A DNA stretch of 54,089 nucleotides from Candidatus Hydrogenedentota bacterium (GTDB lineage Bacteria; Hydrogenedentota; Hydrogenedentia; Hydrogenedentales; SLHB01), in contig BTWA01000019.1 in NCBI GenBank assembly GCA_045863295.1, positions 36,089 to 90,177 on the forward strand, in the 5' to 3' direction. Positions 1 through 8,710 of the stretch are shown piece by piece; position 1 is the stretch's first letter; every line of letters begins with the position of its first letter. The position numbers and the translations under genes are program-made. Below the pieces are notes generated by a model. It was not told the DNA's origin, ran no database searches, and saw only the letters and a list, made by a program, of their open reading frames with translations.

Positions 1-304
1 CCACCCCTAACCCGCCCCCCCCCCTTCAATGGACTACCCCCGGCCCGCGGCCCCCCCCCGCCCCGTTGGTAATTTGTTGGGGCTGGGGGGGCCCCCCCGC
101 CCACAACGAGTGTGTTCTTCATGGGAGAGCATCTGCTGCTTTCCTGTCCTTCTTATTGGTTTACCGTCTTAAGTGCCAAACTTCTCAATTCCTGCCGCGA
201 TTGCATTACTTGCTCAATCATCCGTCCAGAGGGGAATGGGCCTTCGATGGACTGATTCTTTGCGCCGATGCCGAGGTAAGTCAGCCTCATATCCGGCAAT
301 GCCT

Positions 305-889
305 TCACTGTTCCCCTTTCTTCTTGCCTTCCTTCGTGTCTTCTGCCATGTCTTCTTTTTGCACCTGCAAGCCCGTCACGGTTTCGATGGCAGATTCAAT
401 GGCGATGGCTCTTCCGTCTTTTGGTTTGTATCGGAGGATCGCGGCGCCGGAGAGTTTGGGTTCCTGTCCCTCTTCCGCCGTGAGTTTTTCGGTCGAGTAT
501 TCAATGACGAGGATGTCGCGCTTCTTTTTGCCGACTAGTGCAAACAAGAACAATGGTCCGAGGAGCACGGTCCCAATGAGTGCGCCTTTGACCCGCCGTT
601 TGGCGTATTCGCCGCCGGAGAGTTTTGTGACCAGGTTCGGGTCGATTTCGAATGTGCCGTTCTTGGATTGGAATTGGATGGATTGCGTGGAAATGGTTAT
701 GTCGCCTTCGATTTCCTTTTCCGTGGGCAGCGATGGATGGCCACCGATGTATTCAGTAGGCGTGGCTTGGAGGAGAATGACGTTTTCCGCGTCGGCGGGT
801 TCAGCGCCTTCGGCACCGGCGCGCAACGATGCGAGGCCGAAACAGAGACAGACGACGATGCAGAGGCATTTTGTTGGGCGCGAGTACAT
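305..889 (-). CDS. Secreted hypothetical protein with internal hydrophobic segment
   Basis: ORF 305..922, ATG at 889 preferred. N-terminal signal-peptide-like stretch (CLCIVVCLCFGLASLRAGA), internal GALIGTVLLGPLFLFALV segment, Lys-rich tail. Confidence 0.7.
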   Translation of the reverse strand: MYSRPTKCLCIVVCLCFGLASLRAGAEGAEPADAENVILLQATPTEYIGGHPSLPTEKEIEGDITISTQSIQFQSKNGTFEIDPNLVTKLSGGEYAKRRVKGALIGTVLLGPLFLFALVGKKKRDILVIEYSTEKLTAEEGQEPKLSGAAILRYKPKDGRAIAIESAIETVTGLQVQKEDMAEDTKEGKKKGEQ

Positions 890-1077
890 GCGTGATCCCC
901 GTGTTGGATAGCCGGATTCCACAGGATACAGTTGTCCCCACGACGGTAGTCATCCTATCAGGGTGCGGTTCGAGGTGGCAATCGTGTTGGTTGGCGGCGG
1001 GTAGTGCGTGTAGCCGGGGTTTGATGTCTGCGATTTTGTGCCGCCTTTACAGGACTTGATCCATTTTACGCTGTGTA

Positions 1078-1121
1078 CCCAGGGCGTTGCCCTGGGCTGG
1101 TATATTTCGGCCTTTCAGGCC
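1078..1121. repeat. REP-like palindrome CCCAGGGC-GTT-GCCCTGGG followed by GGCCT-TTC-AGGCC
   Basis: Perfect 8-bp stem at 1078-1096 plus a small palindrome at 1109-1121. The layout resembles extragenic REP elements. Confidence 0.6.
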
Positions 1122-1186
1122 TTTTGTGAGGTTGGATGTGTTGCGATGTGCTGTGCGTCTGGACATGGTGAACGGGTGAACCTGGC

Positions 1187-1212
1187 ATCTCGGACATGGA
1201 TGCCCGAGGCAC
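1187..1212. repeat. REP-like palindrome, copy 1 (ATCTCGGACATGGATGCCCGAGGCAC)
   Basis: 24/26 identical to 1667-1692, with an internal hairpin. Confidence 0.65.
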
Positions 1213-1440
1213 CGCAGAGTGCAACGCGGCGGATACTATATAGGTAGGTCCGTCTTCGCGGGCCGCTTGTAGTCCCACGTACGATCTCATGGAAATCCAG
1301 CCCCATGCTTCAGCCCACGATCACCCCAGGGGGGGCGGCACACGACGCAAGACCGTAACTCGAACAAAATCAACACAGGCGAACGCGCTCAATGCGGATC
1401 ACCCCCCTTGTACCGTCATTTTTTCTTTTTGCAGGGGGGT

Positions 1441-1477
1441 GTAGAGCGAGTTCACCTCGGTCCAAGACCGAGGCTAC
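1441..1477. repeat. GTAG/CTAC-bounded REP-like palindromes
   Basis: GTAG at 1441. CCTCGGTC-CAA-GACCGAGG (1455-1473) is followed directly by CTAC. GTAG plus palindrome is the classical REP signature. Confidence 0.55.
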
Positions 1478-1479
1478 TT

Positions 1480-1644
1480 TGGAGTGCGGGAGCTTGCTCC
1501 CGCCTTGGCTGAGCAAGTTCACTTGCGGTTTCGGAGCCAGGGCCTTCGATCAACTCGTGTTCGCCAAGGAGACGTGGTTGGGGCTGGCTGGTTTATGGTG
1601 CAACGGTCACGGGTGCTTGCGCGGGAGCAAGCTCCCGCAGTCCA
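1480..1644. repeat. REPIN-like inverted REP doublet
   Basis: TGGAGTGCGGGAGCTTGCTCCCGC (1480-1503) matches the reverse complement of 1621-1644 at 23/24. Each copy is itself a palindrome. Confidence 0.75.
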
Positions 1645-1666
1645 TAGAAGGGCCGGAGGTTGCGGA

Positions 1667-1692
1667 ATCTCGGGCATGGATGCCCGAGTCAC
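1667..1692. repeat. REP-like palindrome, copy 2 (ATCTCGGGCATGGATGCCCGAGTCAC)
   Basis: Hairpin CTCGGGCA-TGGA-TGCCCGAG immediately after the rtcB stop codon. Direct repeat of 1187-1212. Confidence 0.65.
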
Positions 1693-1693
1693 G

Positions 1694-3082
1694 TTAGTCC
1701 TCCGGGCGTTCGCCGGCGGGGGCCATTTTGACGAGGCGCGGGTTGAATTTGGCGAGGATGTCCACGAGGTCTTTTTGGGCGGCCATCACGTCGTCGATGT
1801 TTTTGTAGACCATGGGGACTTCGTCGAGGCCGGCGGACATGAGGGTGACGCCCGCGCTCTTGAGGCGTTCGTTGGCGTCGCGCCAGTGGAGTGTTTTTTT
1901 TGCCTGGGAGCGGCTCATGACGCGGCCTGCGCCGTGGGCGGCGGAGTTCAGGGACTCGGGATTGCCTTTGCCGCGGACGACAAATCCGGGCGTGGCCATG
2001 GAGCCGGGAATGATGCCGATGACGCCTTTGCCGGCGGGGGTTGCGCCTTTTCGGTGGACGACGACGTTTTCGCCGAAGTGGTTTTCCTTCCAGGCGAAGT
2101 TGTGATGGTTTTCGATGTCCAACAGTACGCGCGTGCCCAAGTGTTTGGCCACGTGTCGGTGAATGCAGGCATGATTCGCGGCGGCATATTTACCCATGAG
2201 GTTCATGGCGTTCCAGTATTCCTGGCCGGCTTCGCTGTCCAGATCGAGCCATGCGAGATGACGGAGCGCATTGGGCAGATCGTTGTGTTTCTTCATGGCG
2301 AGTTTGCTGTAGTGATCGCACACGGCCGCGCCGGTGCCGCGGCTTCCGCTGTGGCTGAGCAGGGCGAGGTATCGGCCGGGCTCGATGCCGGCGTTCGCAT
2401 CGGTGACTTCCAGTTCGCCGAATTCGACGAAGTGGTTGCCGCTGCCGCTGGTGCCGAGTTGCGACCATGCTTTGTCCTTGAACGAGCGGGTGACGGGACT
2501 GACGTTCCAGTCTTCGTCCATGACGTCGTGTTGGCGCGGTTTTTTGAATGCGGCGCCGATGCCAAAGCGGGTCTCGCTCTCGATTGCGGACTTGAGGCTG
2601 TCTTGGCGATTGTCGAGACAGTCAAGGGGCAGGTCGAGCACCGTCAGTTTCATCCGGCAGGCGATATCCACGCCGACGGCATAGGGAACCACGGCGCCGC
2701 GCGTTGCGAGGACGCCGCCGATGGGAAGTCCGTAGCCCACGTGGGCGTCGGGCATGAGGGCGCCCTTCACCGACACGGGAAGCGAGCATGCGTTCCGCAT
2801 TTGTTCGATGGATTCGCGGTCGAGGTTGTGGCCCCATTGTTTGAAGGCCGCGGGCGATGTGCGCGCCGTGGGCCGAACCGGGGACTTTCGCATCGCGTCG
2901 GCGAGATCGCCAAAGATGGGGTCGCCGGCAAACCTGGAAGGGTCTTTGACCAGACTGCGCAGGCTTGCTTCAATCGCGTCGTGGTTGAGACCCGCTCTCG
3001 CGGCCGCTTTCGAGGCTTCCCGGGCCGCTGCGAGTGCGGGACCGGGCTGAATGCCGAGCAGGATGTATTCACGCGTCTTCAT
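1694..3082 (-). CDS. rtcB: RtcB family RNA ligase
   Basis: Motifs MPDAHVGYGLPIGG, GVDIACRM, GTSGSGNHF, HSGSRG, HHNFAW, HRKGATPA, PGSM, HGAGR, DEVPMVYK. Confidence 0.95.
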   Translation of the reverse strand: MKTREYILLGIQPGPALAAAREASKAAARAGLNHDAIEASLRSLVKDPSRFAGDPIFGDLADAMRKSPVRPTARTSPAAFKQWGHNLDRESIEQMRNACSLPVSVKGALMPDAHVGYGLPIGGVLATRGAVVPYAVGVDIACRMKLTVLDLPLDCLDNRQDSLKSAIESETRFGIGAAFKKPRQHDVMDEDWNVSPVTRSFKDKAWSQLGTSGSGNHFVEFGELEVTDANAGIEPGRYLALLSHSGSRGTGAAVCDHYSKLAMKKHNDLPNALRHLAWLDLDSEAGQEYWNAMNLMGKYAAANHACIHRHVAKHLGTRVLLDIENHHNFAWKENHFGENVVVHRKGATPAGKGVIGIIPGSMATPGFVVRGKGNPESLNSAAHGAGRVMSRSQAKKTLHWRDANERLKSAGVTLMSAGLDEVPMVYKNIDDVMAAQKDLVDILAKFNPRLVKMAPAGERPED

Positions 3083-3260
3083 ATTCTTCGCCTAAGTAAA
3101 CGTGCCGGAGCAGTCCGGCCCGTTGGTCACACGTATATGCGCACTCGCGTGCGCGCTGCATTTTCGGTGGCCGTTGCGATTAGCCGTCTGGCGATCCCGC
3201 TGGGCATTATTTCAGTTTTCGCCGTCGAAGGCACATTGCATGCAGATTTTCCAGGTCCGA

Positions 3261-3289
3261 TTGCGGTTATTCCTGCTGGATGCTAGGAT
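3261..3289 (+). promoter_or_regulatory. Putative sigma70 promoter of the first moxR operon
   Basis: TTGCGG (3261-3266), 17 bp, TAGGAT (3284-3289), with an extended -10 TG. Confidence 0.4.
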
Positions 3290-3322
3290 TGGGTTTGGCG
3301 CGAAAAACAGAAACGGGAATGC

Positions 3323-4291
3323 ATGCCCATGGAATCGTCATTGCGATCCGAAGTCGTGGCCATGGATCGCCACAAGCTGGACGCGTTACGCAAGAATCTT
3401 AATACGGTCATTCAGGGCAAGGCTGACGCGGTCGATGTGCTGGTCACCGCGCTGATCGCGGGTGGTTCGGTGTTGATGGAAGACGTGCCGGGGGTGGGCA
3501 AGACGACGCTTGCCAAGGCGTTGGCGAAGTCCATCGATGCGGAATACAACCGGGTTCAGTTTACGCCCGACTTGCTTCCCGCGGACATCCTTGGTTCCTC
3601 CATCTACAATCCTGTGAATGGCACGTTCTCGTTTCGCCCGGGCCCGATATTTTGCAATGTGCTGCTTGCGGACGAGATCAACCGTGCTTCGCCGCGCACC
3701 CAATCTTCGCTGCTGGAAGCCATGAGCGAACGGCAGGCGACGATCGAGGGCGTGCGGCATGTGTTGCCCGGTCCTTTTCTTGTGCTCGCGACGGAAAATC
3801 CGGTTGAGTTTCATGGCACGTATCCGTTGCCCGAGGCGCAGATGGACCGGTTTCTGGTTCGGCTTCATTTGGGGTATCCGGACGCGGAGGCGGAATTGGA
3901 GATTCTCCGCAGCCAATCCAGCAACGATCCGATCGACGATTTGGATGCGGTAGTGACGAAGGACGACATCGTACGCGTTCAGCGTTCGGTCCGGTTGGTC
4001 CATGTCGAAGACAGCGTGGCGAAATATATCATCGCGATAGCGAACGCGACGCGCCACGATTCGCGGCTTCGGCTTGGGGTCAGCCCGCGCGGATCGCTCA
4101 TGCTGCATCGCGCGGCTCAGGCGGTGGCGTATTTGGCCGGGCGCGGCTACGTGCTTCCCGACGATGTGCAGCGGATGGCGCCGTATGTGCTGCCGCACCG
4201 GCTCATGTTGACGTCGAAGGCAAAATACGGGGGCGAAGACAAGGCCAGCCTTGTGGCCGAACTCTGTGCGAATATCAAGGCTCCGACGTAA
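3323..4291 (+). CDS. MoxR family AAA+ ATPase
   Basis: Walker A DVPGVGKT, RVQFTPDLLPADILG, Walker B LLADEINRA, TENPVEFHGTYPLPEAQMDRF, VSPRG. The start could also be a downstream Met. Confidence 0.95.
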   Translation: MPMESSLRSEVVAMDRHKLDALRKNLNTVIQGKADAVDVLVTALIAGGSVLMEDVPGVGKTTLAKALAKSIDAEYNRVQFTPDLLPADILGSSIYNPVNGTFSFRPGPIFCNVLLADEINRASPRTQSSLLEAMSERQATIEGVRHVLPGPFLVLATENPVEFHGTYPLPEAQMDRFLVRLHLGYPDAEAELEILRSQSSNDPIDDLDAVVTKDDIVRVQRSVRLVHVEDSVAKYIIAIANATRHDSRLRLGVSPRGSLMLHRAAQAVAYLAGRGYVLPDDVQRMAPYVLPHRLMLTSKAKYGGEDKASLVAELCANIKAPT

Positions 4292-5556
4292 TGCACGCCG
4301 GGCGTGTTCAGTCGCTTGAACGCCGCATCGCCGTGGTATGGCGATTCAAACTGACGGCGGCGGGCCGTTGTTTGTTGGCTGGGCTCCTGGTATCGGGAAG
4401 CGTAGGGTCGGCGTCGCTCGAAATCCCTGTCTATCACTTGTTCTGCGCGCTCTTCACCCTGTTGATCGTTTGCTATCTTGGCGCGATCCGGTACCGGCCG
4501 ACGATTCGAATTGCGGGAACCATGCCGGAGAAAGCGGAAGCGGGACAGTTGGTGCGCAGCGTGTACACGGTGACCAATTGCGGCACGCGCGTTGCCTATG
4601 ATGTGGGCGTCCGGCACAGCGTGCTTCCTCCGGAAGTATCGGATTCGGGCGAGCACGAGCCCATTGTCGATCAATTGAATCCCGGCGAAAGCGTGACGGT
4701 TCCGGTGCTGCTGAAGGCCTCCAAACGAGGGTTGTATTGGATCGAACCGCCGGTCCCGTACACCCGCTATCCCTTTAATTTTTTCCGCGTTCCCGCGCGC
4801 ATACCGAGTCAGGGTCATGCGCTGTTTCCTTCGAAGTTGATTGTGACGCCCGCCTTTCACCCTGTGACGCATGTGGACGTGCCAATTGGCAGCCGGTATC
4901 AACCCGGTGGGATTGCGTTGACGTCAAGTATCGGTGAATCGCCGGAATACATCGGCAACCGGGATTACCGCCCGGGCGATTCCGCACGTCGCATCGATTT
5001 TCGCGCGTGGGGCAGGCTGGCGAAGCCGGTCGTGCGCGAGTACCAAGAGGAATACTACAACCGGATTGGCCTCGTGTTTGACACTTCGATGCCGACCCCG
5101 CGGGGTCGGCGCGCGAAGGCGGCCGAGCCGTTCGAGTCGGCGGTGAGTCTTGCCGCGAGCCTTGCGGATGCCATGGCGCAAGGCGAATACATTGTGGATT
5201 TATTCGCGGCGGGATCGAAGTTGTATGTGTTTCGCGCGGGGCGGCATACGGCGCATCTGGACAACATCCTGGAGATACTGTCCTGTGTGGAGCCGAGTTC
5301 GGGTGATGCGTTTGGATCGGTGCTTCCTGACATGGTGAATGAGCTTCCCAGTATTTCCGCGTTGTTGTGCGTGTTTTTGTCGTGGGATTCCGCGCGCAAT
5401 GCGCTTGTTCAAGCAGCGCGCGAAGCGGGCTGCAGCGTGCGCGTGTATCTGGTGCAAGATACGCCGGATGTGCCTTTGACGGAAGACGCTCCGATGGATT
5501 CGATCCTGCCGATAACTCCTGAGCAAATCCGGTTCGGGTTTGTGGACAGGCTATGA
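4291..5556 (+). CDS. DUF58 domain protein with N-terminal membrane anchor
   Basis: EYIGNRDYRPGDSARRIDFRAWGR and VVREYQEE motifs. TAATG overlap with the moxR stop. Confidence 0.9.
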   Translation: MHAGRVQSLERRIAVVWRFKLTAAGRCLLAGLLVSGSVGSASLEIPVYHLFCALFTLLIVCYLGAIRYRPTIRIAGTMPEKAEAGQLVRSVYTVTNCGTRVAYDVGVRHSVLPPEVSDSGEHEPIVDQLNPGESVTVPVLLKASKRGLYWIEPPVPYTRYPFNFFRVPARIPSQGHALFPSKLIVTPAFHPVTHVDVPIGSRYQPGGIALTSSIGESPEYIGNRDYRPGDSARRIDFRAWGRLAKPVVREYQEEYYNRIGLVFDTSMPTPRGRRAKAAEPFESAVSLAASLADAMAQGEYIVDLFAAGSKLYVFRAGRHTAHLDNILEILSCVEPSSGDAFGSVLPDMVNELPSISALLCVFLSWDSARNALVQAAREAGCSVRVYLVQDTPDVPLTEDAPMDSILPITPEQIRFGFVDRL

Positions 5557-7652
5557 GCATGCAACGGACAGCGGCGTTGTGCCTGATGCTGGTGCAGGCG
5601 GTCGCCGCCGGCGTTCTTTCCGGACAGCCTGCCACGGCGGCGATTTTGTTTTTGTTAGTCTTGCCGGGGTACGCGGGATGGGTCCGTTGGAAGGCATCGC
5701 CTATTAAAACGGGACTTGCCGCGATTGCCATCGTATCGATATTGATGGGCCGCTGGTGGATTACTCCTGAGCCGACATTTGCCGAGGCCGGGACGCACGG
5801 CGGCGGCGTTTCGATTTGGTTGGGGGGGTACAAGCGATACGGCGGTTTCGGCGATTCGAGTTTGTCGGCGACGCTGTCCCTGGTCTTTCTCGGGCTTCAG
5901 GCCATCCCATTCTATTCCATTCAAAATGTGCGGGCCTTTCACGTATTTCCGTTGCTTGGCGTATTGACATTGGTTTTCGCGGGAAATGTAAACATCACAC
6001 CGGATGTCGCGTGGTTGTATCAGAGTTCCGTGATCTTGTTTGTGCTTGGTCTGGCCTGGTTTGCGTCGGCGTCGAAATTGGAGCCGGGCATGCGTCGCCG
6101 CCGGTGGAATCGTCTTGGTCCGGCCGGCGTAATGGGGACTACGCTGATTGTTGCCTCCGTGCTGGGCAGCCATGTGTTGAGTTGGGCGGGGCCCTCCATT
6201 GACGAGTTTCTGTTTGCGCGGGGCCAGGGGGCCATGCGCGGAGCCATTGGCGGTTTCTCGGGGCGGTCCAATATTGAGAATCTTCGCGAGTACAAAGAGG
6301 GGGCCGGCGCTGATCTCATCGCGCTTCGCGTGCAATCCAAGAATACTCCAGGGTACCTGCGGGGCATGGCATTTGCCCTTACGCCGCAGGGCCAGTGGCG
6401 AACGTCAGATTCCTCCACGACGTTGGCACCGGAGTCGCGCCCGCCGGTTGGTATTAGCGGATTGGAGCCGGGGGCCAATCTTTTCCGAATCATGACTGTG
6501 AATTCGGAGACATACAAGGCGCTGACCGTATGGCCTGTGGCTCAGTTTGGGAGGATATTTTTGCCCAAGGATTCGGCCTATGTCGCGGTGCGCAGTCCTT
6601 CGATGGAAGTTGATGGTTCATCTGTATCCAATACGCCGATGGGCGAAGCAGTATCCCATTATACGTCGTACGTGCCGGACGCGCAGGTAACGTCGACGCT
6701 TACCGAATCGGAGCGTGCTCTCTATTCCACACCGGTGGAAGGAATCGATCCGCGGATTCAAGAGCTTGCGAATACCCTTTTCGCCGATGCGGACACGGCG
6801 CAGGAAAAAATCACGGCCGTGAAACAGTTTTTGGGCAGGGGTTTCCGGTACACGACCGAATACGAAGTGCTTACGGGTGAAGACAAGCTGGTCTATTTCT
6901 TATTGCACCGCCGCGCGGGTCACTGCGAGTATTTTGCGCACGCGACGGACTTGTTGCTTCGTGCAGGTGGAGTGCCTTCCCGGTACATACTCGGATTCTA
7001 CGCCACGGAATACAACGTTACTGGCGAGTATTGGATCGCAAGGAACAAGGATTCCCACGCCTGGGTCGAGGCGTACGATGATGCGCAGTCGGAATGGGTG
7101 ATTGTGGAGACGACGCCGGGTGACGGCATACCATCTTCGACGGTGCGATCGGCGTGGTCGTACCGGTGGGATGCCGTCAAACTTTGGTTATCGAAGACGG
7201 TGGCGCTTGTATCCGAACGGGCATTTAATGCGTTGGCCGAGGGCGTGGCCTATGCGGTAGTCTTTTGGCTGGACGATTTGCCGGTACGGGGGTTGGCCGG
7301 TGGTTTGGCCTTGTTTTTGATAGTGTTTGCCTTGGCACGGAGCTATCTTGCGAAACGTCGAGATCGAATTCAGGCCGATCCGTTGAAGCTGCGCGCGGAG
7401 CAGATGGTTGAAAGAATGGATCGGTTGTCCGCGCACGCGGGATGTGTTCGCGGGCAGGCGGAGACCTTAAACCAGTTTGCGGCGCGCGTTCGCACATCCG
7501 GTGGATTGGTTGCGAGCGAAGAGATTGCTGCGTGGTATGAGCACTTCGCTCTGAAGCGATTTTCCGGAGCGTTGGACGGCGATTCGGCTTCGGAGCTTGA
7601 ACAGCGCGTGGAGCGTATATGCGCACAAAGTCTTCGCCGACATGCGAGCTAA
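5553..7652 (+). CDS. Membrane-bound transglutaminase-like protein (TgpA/DUF3488 type)
   Basis: N-terminal TM helices, YLRG motif, catalytic GHCEYFA and SHAWVEAY, C-terminal TM. ATGA overlap with DUF58, and canonical gene order. Confidence 0.9.
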   Translation: MSMQRTAALCLMLVQAVAAGVLSGQPATAAILFLLVLPGYAGWVRWKASPIKTGLAAIAIVSILMGRWWITPEPTFAEAGTHGGGVSIWLGGYKRYGGFGDSSLSATLSLVFLGLQAIPFYSIQNVRAFHVFPLLGVLTLVFAGNVNITPDVAWLYQSSVILFVLGLAWFASASKLEPGMRRRRWNRLGPAGVMGTTLIVASVLGSHVLSWAGPSIDEFLFARGQGAMRGAIGGFSGRSNIENLREYKEGAGADLIALRVQSKNTPGYLRGMAFALTPQGQWRTSDSSTTLAPESRPPVGISGLEPGANLFRIMTVNSETYKALTVWPVAQFGRIFLPKDSAYVAVRSPSMEVDGSSVSNTPMGEAVSHYTSYVPDAQVTSTLTESERALYSTPVEGIDPRIQELANTLFADADTAQEKITAVKQFLGRGFRYTTEYEVLTGEDKLVYFLLHRRAGHCEYFAHATDLLLRAGGVPSRYILGFYATEYNVTGEYWIARNKDSHAWVEAYDDAQSEWVIVETTPGDGIPSSTVRSAWSYRWDAVKLWLSKTVALVSERAFNALAEGVAYAVVFWLDDLPVRGLAGGLALFLIVFALARSYLAKRRDRIQADPLKLRAEQMVERMDRLSAHAGCVRGQAETLNQFAARVRTSGGLVASEEIAAWYEHFALKRFSGALDGDSASELEQRVERICAQSLRRHAS

Positions 7653-7675
7653 GGTGAAGCGTCCGACGGTTCCGG

Positions 7676-8707
7676 CTAGTTGGAGTGGTGGGGCGTCTTC
7701 TTAATGTACACGTCCCAGCCTTCCAATACACTTCCCACTGCGCCGCGAAAAAGCACGGCCACGATGAAGTAGGTGAACGAGAAGGCGAGCGCTTTTTCCT
7801 GGCCGATGCCGTAGTTTACGAGGATGGCTACCATGCCGGCTTCGCGCACGCCCAACCCCGACACGGTGAACGGGGCTGCATGACACATCATGATTGCACC
7901 ACGAAGCCAAATGAAGACGATTAATCCGGTATCGATTCCGATGGCGCGGGCGATGAAGTAGTCTTGAAGAATTTCGAAGCACAGGCCCGCACTTGCAAAC
8001 GCGATAAGGCTCGCCGCGTAGCGAATGCGTTGAGCCGGAGCCCATCCGCCCAACGTAATGGCTGCCTGTTGCATCTGGCGCCAAAGCATGCGGTGAGGGC
8101 CGGCGTTTTGCGCGTTGGTCCGATCTTGGCTTTGACTTCGATCGCGCACTCGCGCTAATGCGAGAATCCAGGTTATGAAGACTACCGCGACGGCTATGGC
8201 CGCAAAAAGCGGCCTGAAGGCAGGCCACGGAAAATTGGGGTCGAGGTAGACGGCGAACGCGGCAAAGCCAATGACGGTGACGGAGTGTGTGTACCGCGTG
8301 GCCAGCATGATTACAAGTGCCGTGCCGGACGAGCCGGTCACGCGCGTGATTTTGTGCCACTTGACCAGTGCGCCGGCGTTGCCCGGAAGCGCGAGCGCGT
8401 AGAACCGGAGTTGAAAGAGAATCTTGAGAAACGTGGACGCGGGAACGGGGCGCGCGGAAAACGCCAATGCCGATTTGTGGTGAAATGCGTAGGGTATCAT
8501 TGCCGCGAAGCTGCAGAGGGCGGCGGCGGCGATTTGGCGGGACTGGGCGGATTTGATCTGCGCGAACACCTCTACAAGATCAACGCGGAACAGAATCCAA
8601 GCCAGAATTGACAGGCCCACGATGGCCTTTGCCGTCCAGAGAAGTATGGCGCGGTACTTACGCTCATTCGGACGTTTGACCAAGGGCTGGGGGTTTTTTG
8701 GGTTCAC
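7676..8707 (-). CDS. Lysylphosphatidylglycerol synthase TM / flippase-like (UPF0104) membrane protein
   Basis: Multiple TM helices and a C-terminal PFTVSGLGVREAG motif. Confidence 0.8.
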   Translation of the reverse strand: MNPKNPQPLVKRPNERKYRAILLWTAKAIVGLSILAWILFRVDLVEVFAQIKSAQSRQIAAAALCSFAAMIPYAFHHKSALAFSARPVPASTFLKILFQLRFYALALPGNAGALVKWHKITRVTGSSGTALVIMLATRYTHSVTVIGFAAFAVYLDPNFPWPAFRPLFAAIAVAVVFITWILALARVRDRSQSQDRTNAQNAGPHRMLWRQMQQAAITLGGWAPAQRIRYAASLIAFASAGLCFEILQDYFIARAIGIDTGLIVFIWLRGAIMMCHAAPFTVSGLGVREAGMVAILVNYGIGQEKALAFSFTYFIVAVLFRGAVGSVLEGWDVYIKKTPHHSN

Positions 8708-8710
8708 CCA

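Noticed and set aside
66..911. 281-aa + strand ORF
   Set aside because: Antisense to the more plausible 305-889 gene, and starts in low-complexity sequence.
960..990. GGTTCGAG T-loop-like motif (tRNA or Y RNA near rtcB)
   Set aside because: No T-stem, acceptor stem or cloverleaf could be built.
1187..1692. Possible CRISPR array from the 26-nt direct repeat
   Set aside because: Only two copies 480 nt apart, no regular spacers, no cas genes.
1484..3286. 600-aa + strand ORF
   Set aside because: Antisense shadow of rtcB, expected at high GC; no recognisable motifs.
3083..3322. Sigma54 promoter for rtcB
   Set aside because: No TGGCAC-N5-TTGC with correct spacing on the minus strand.
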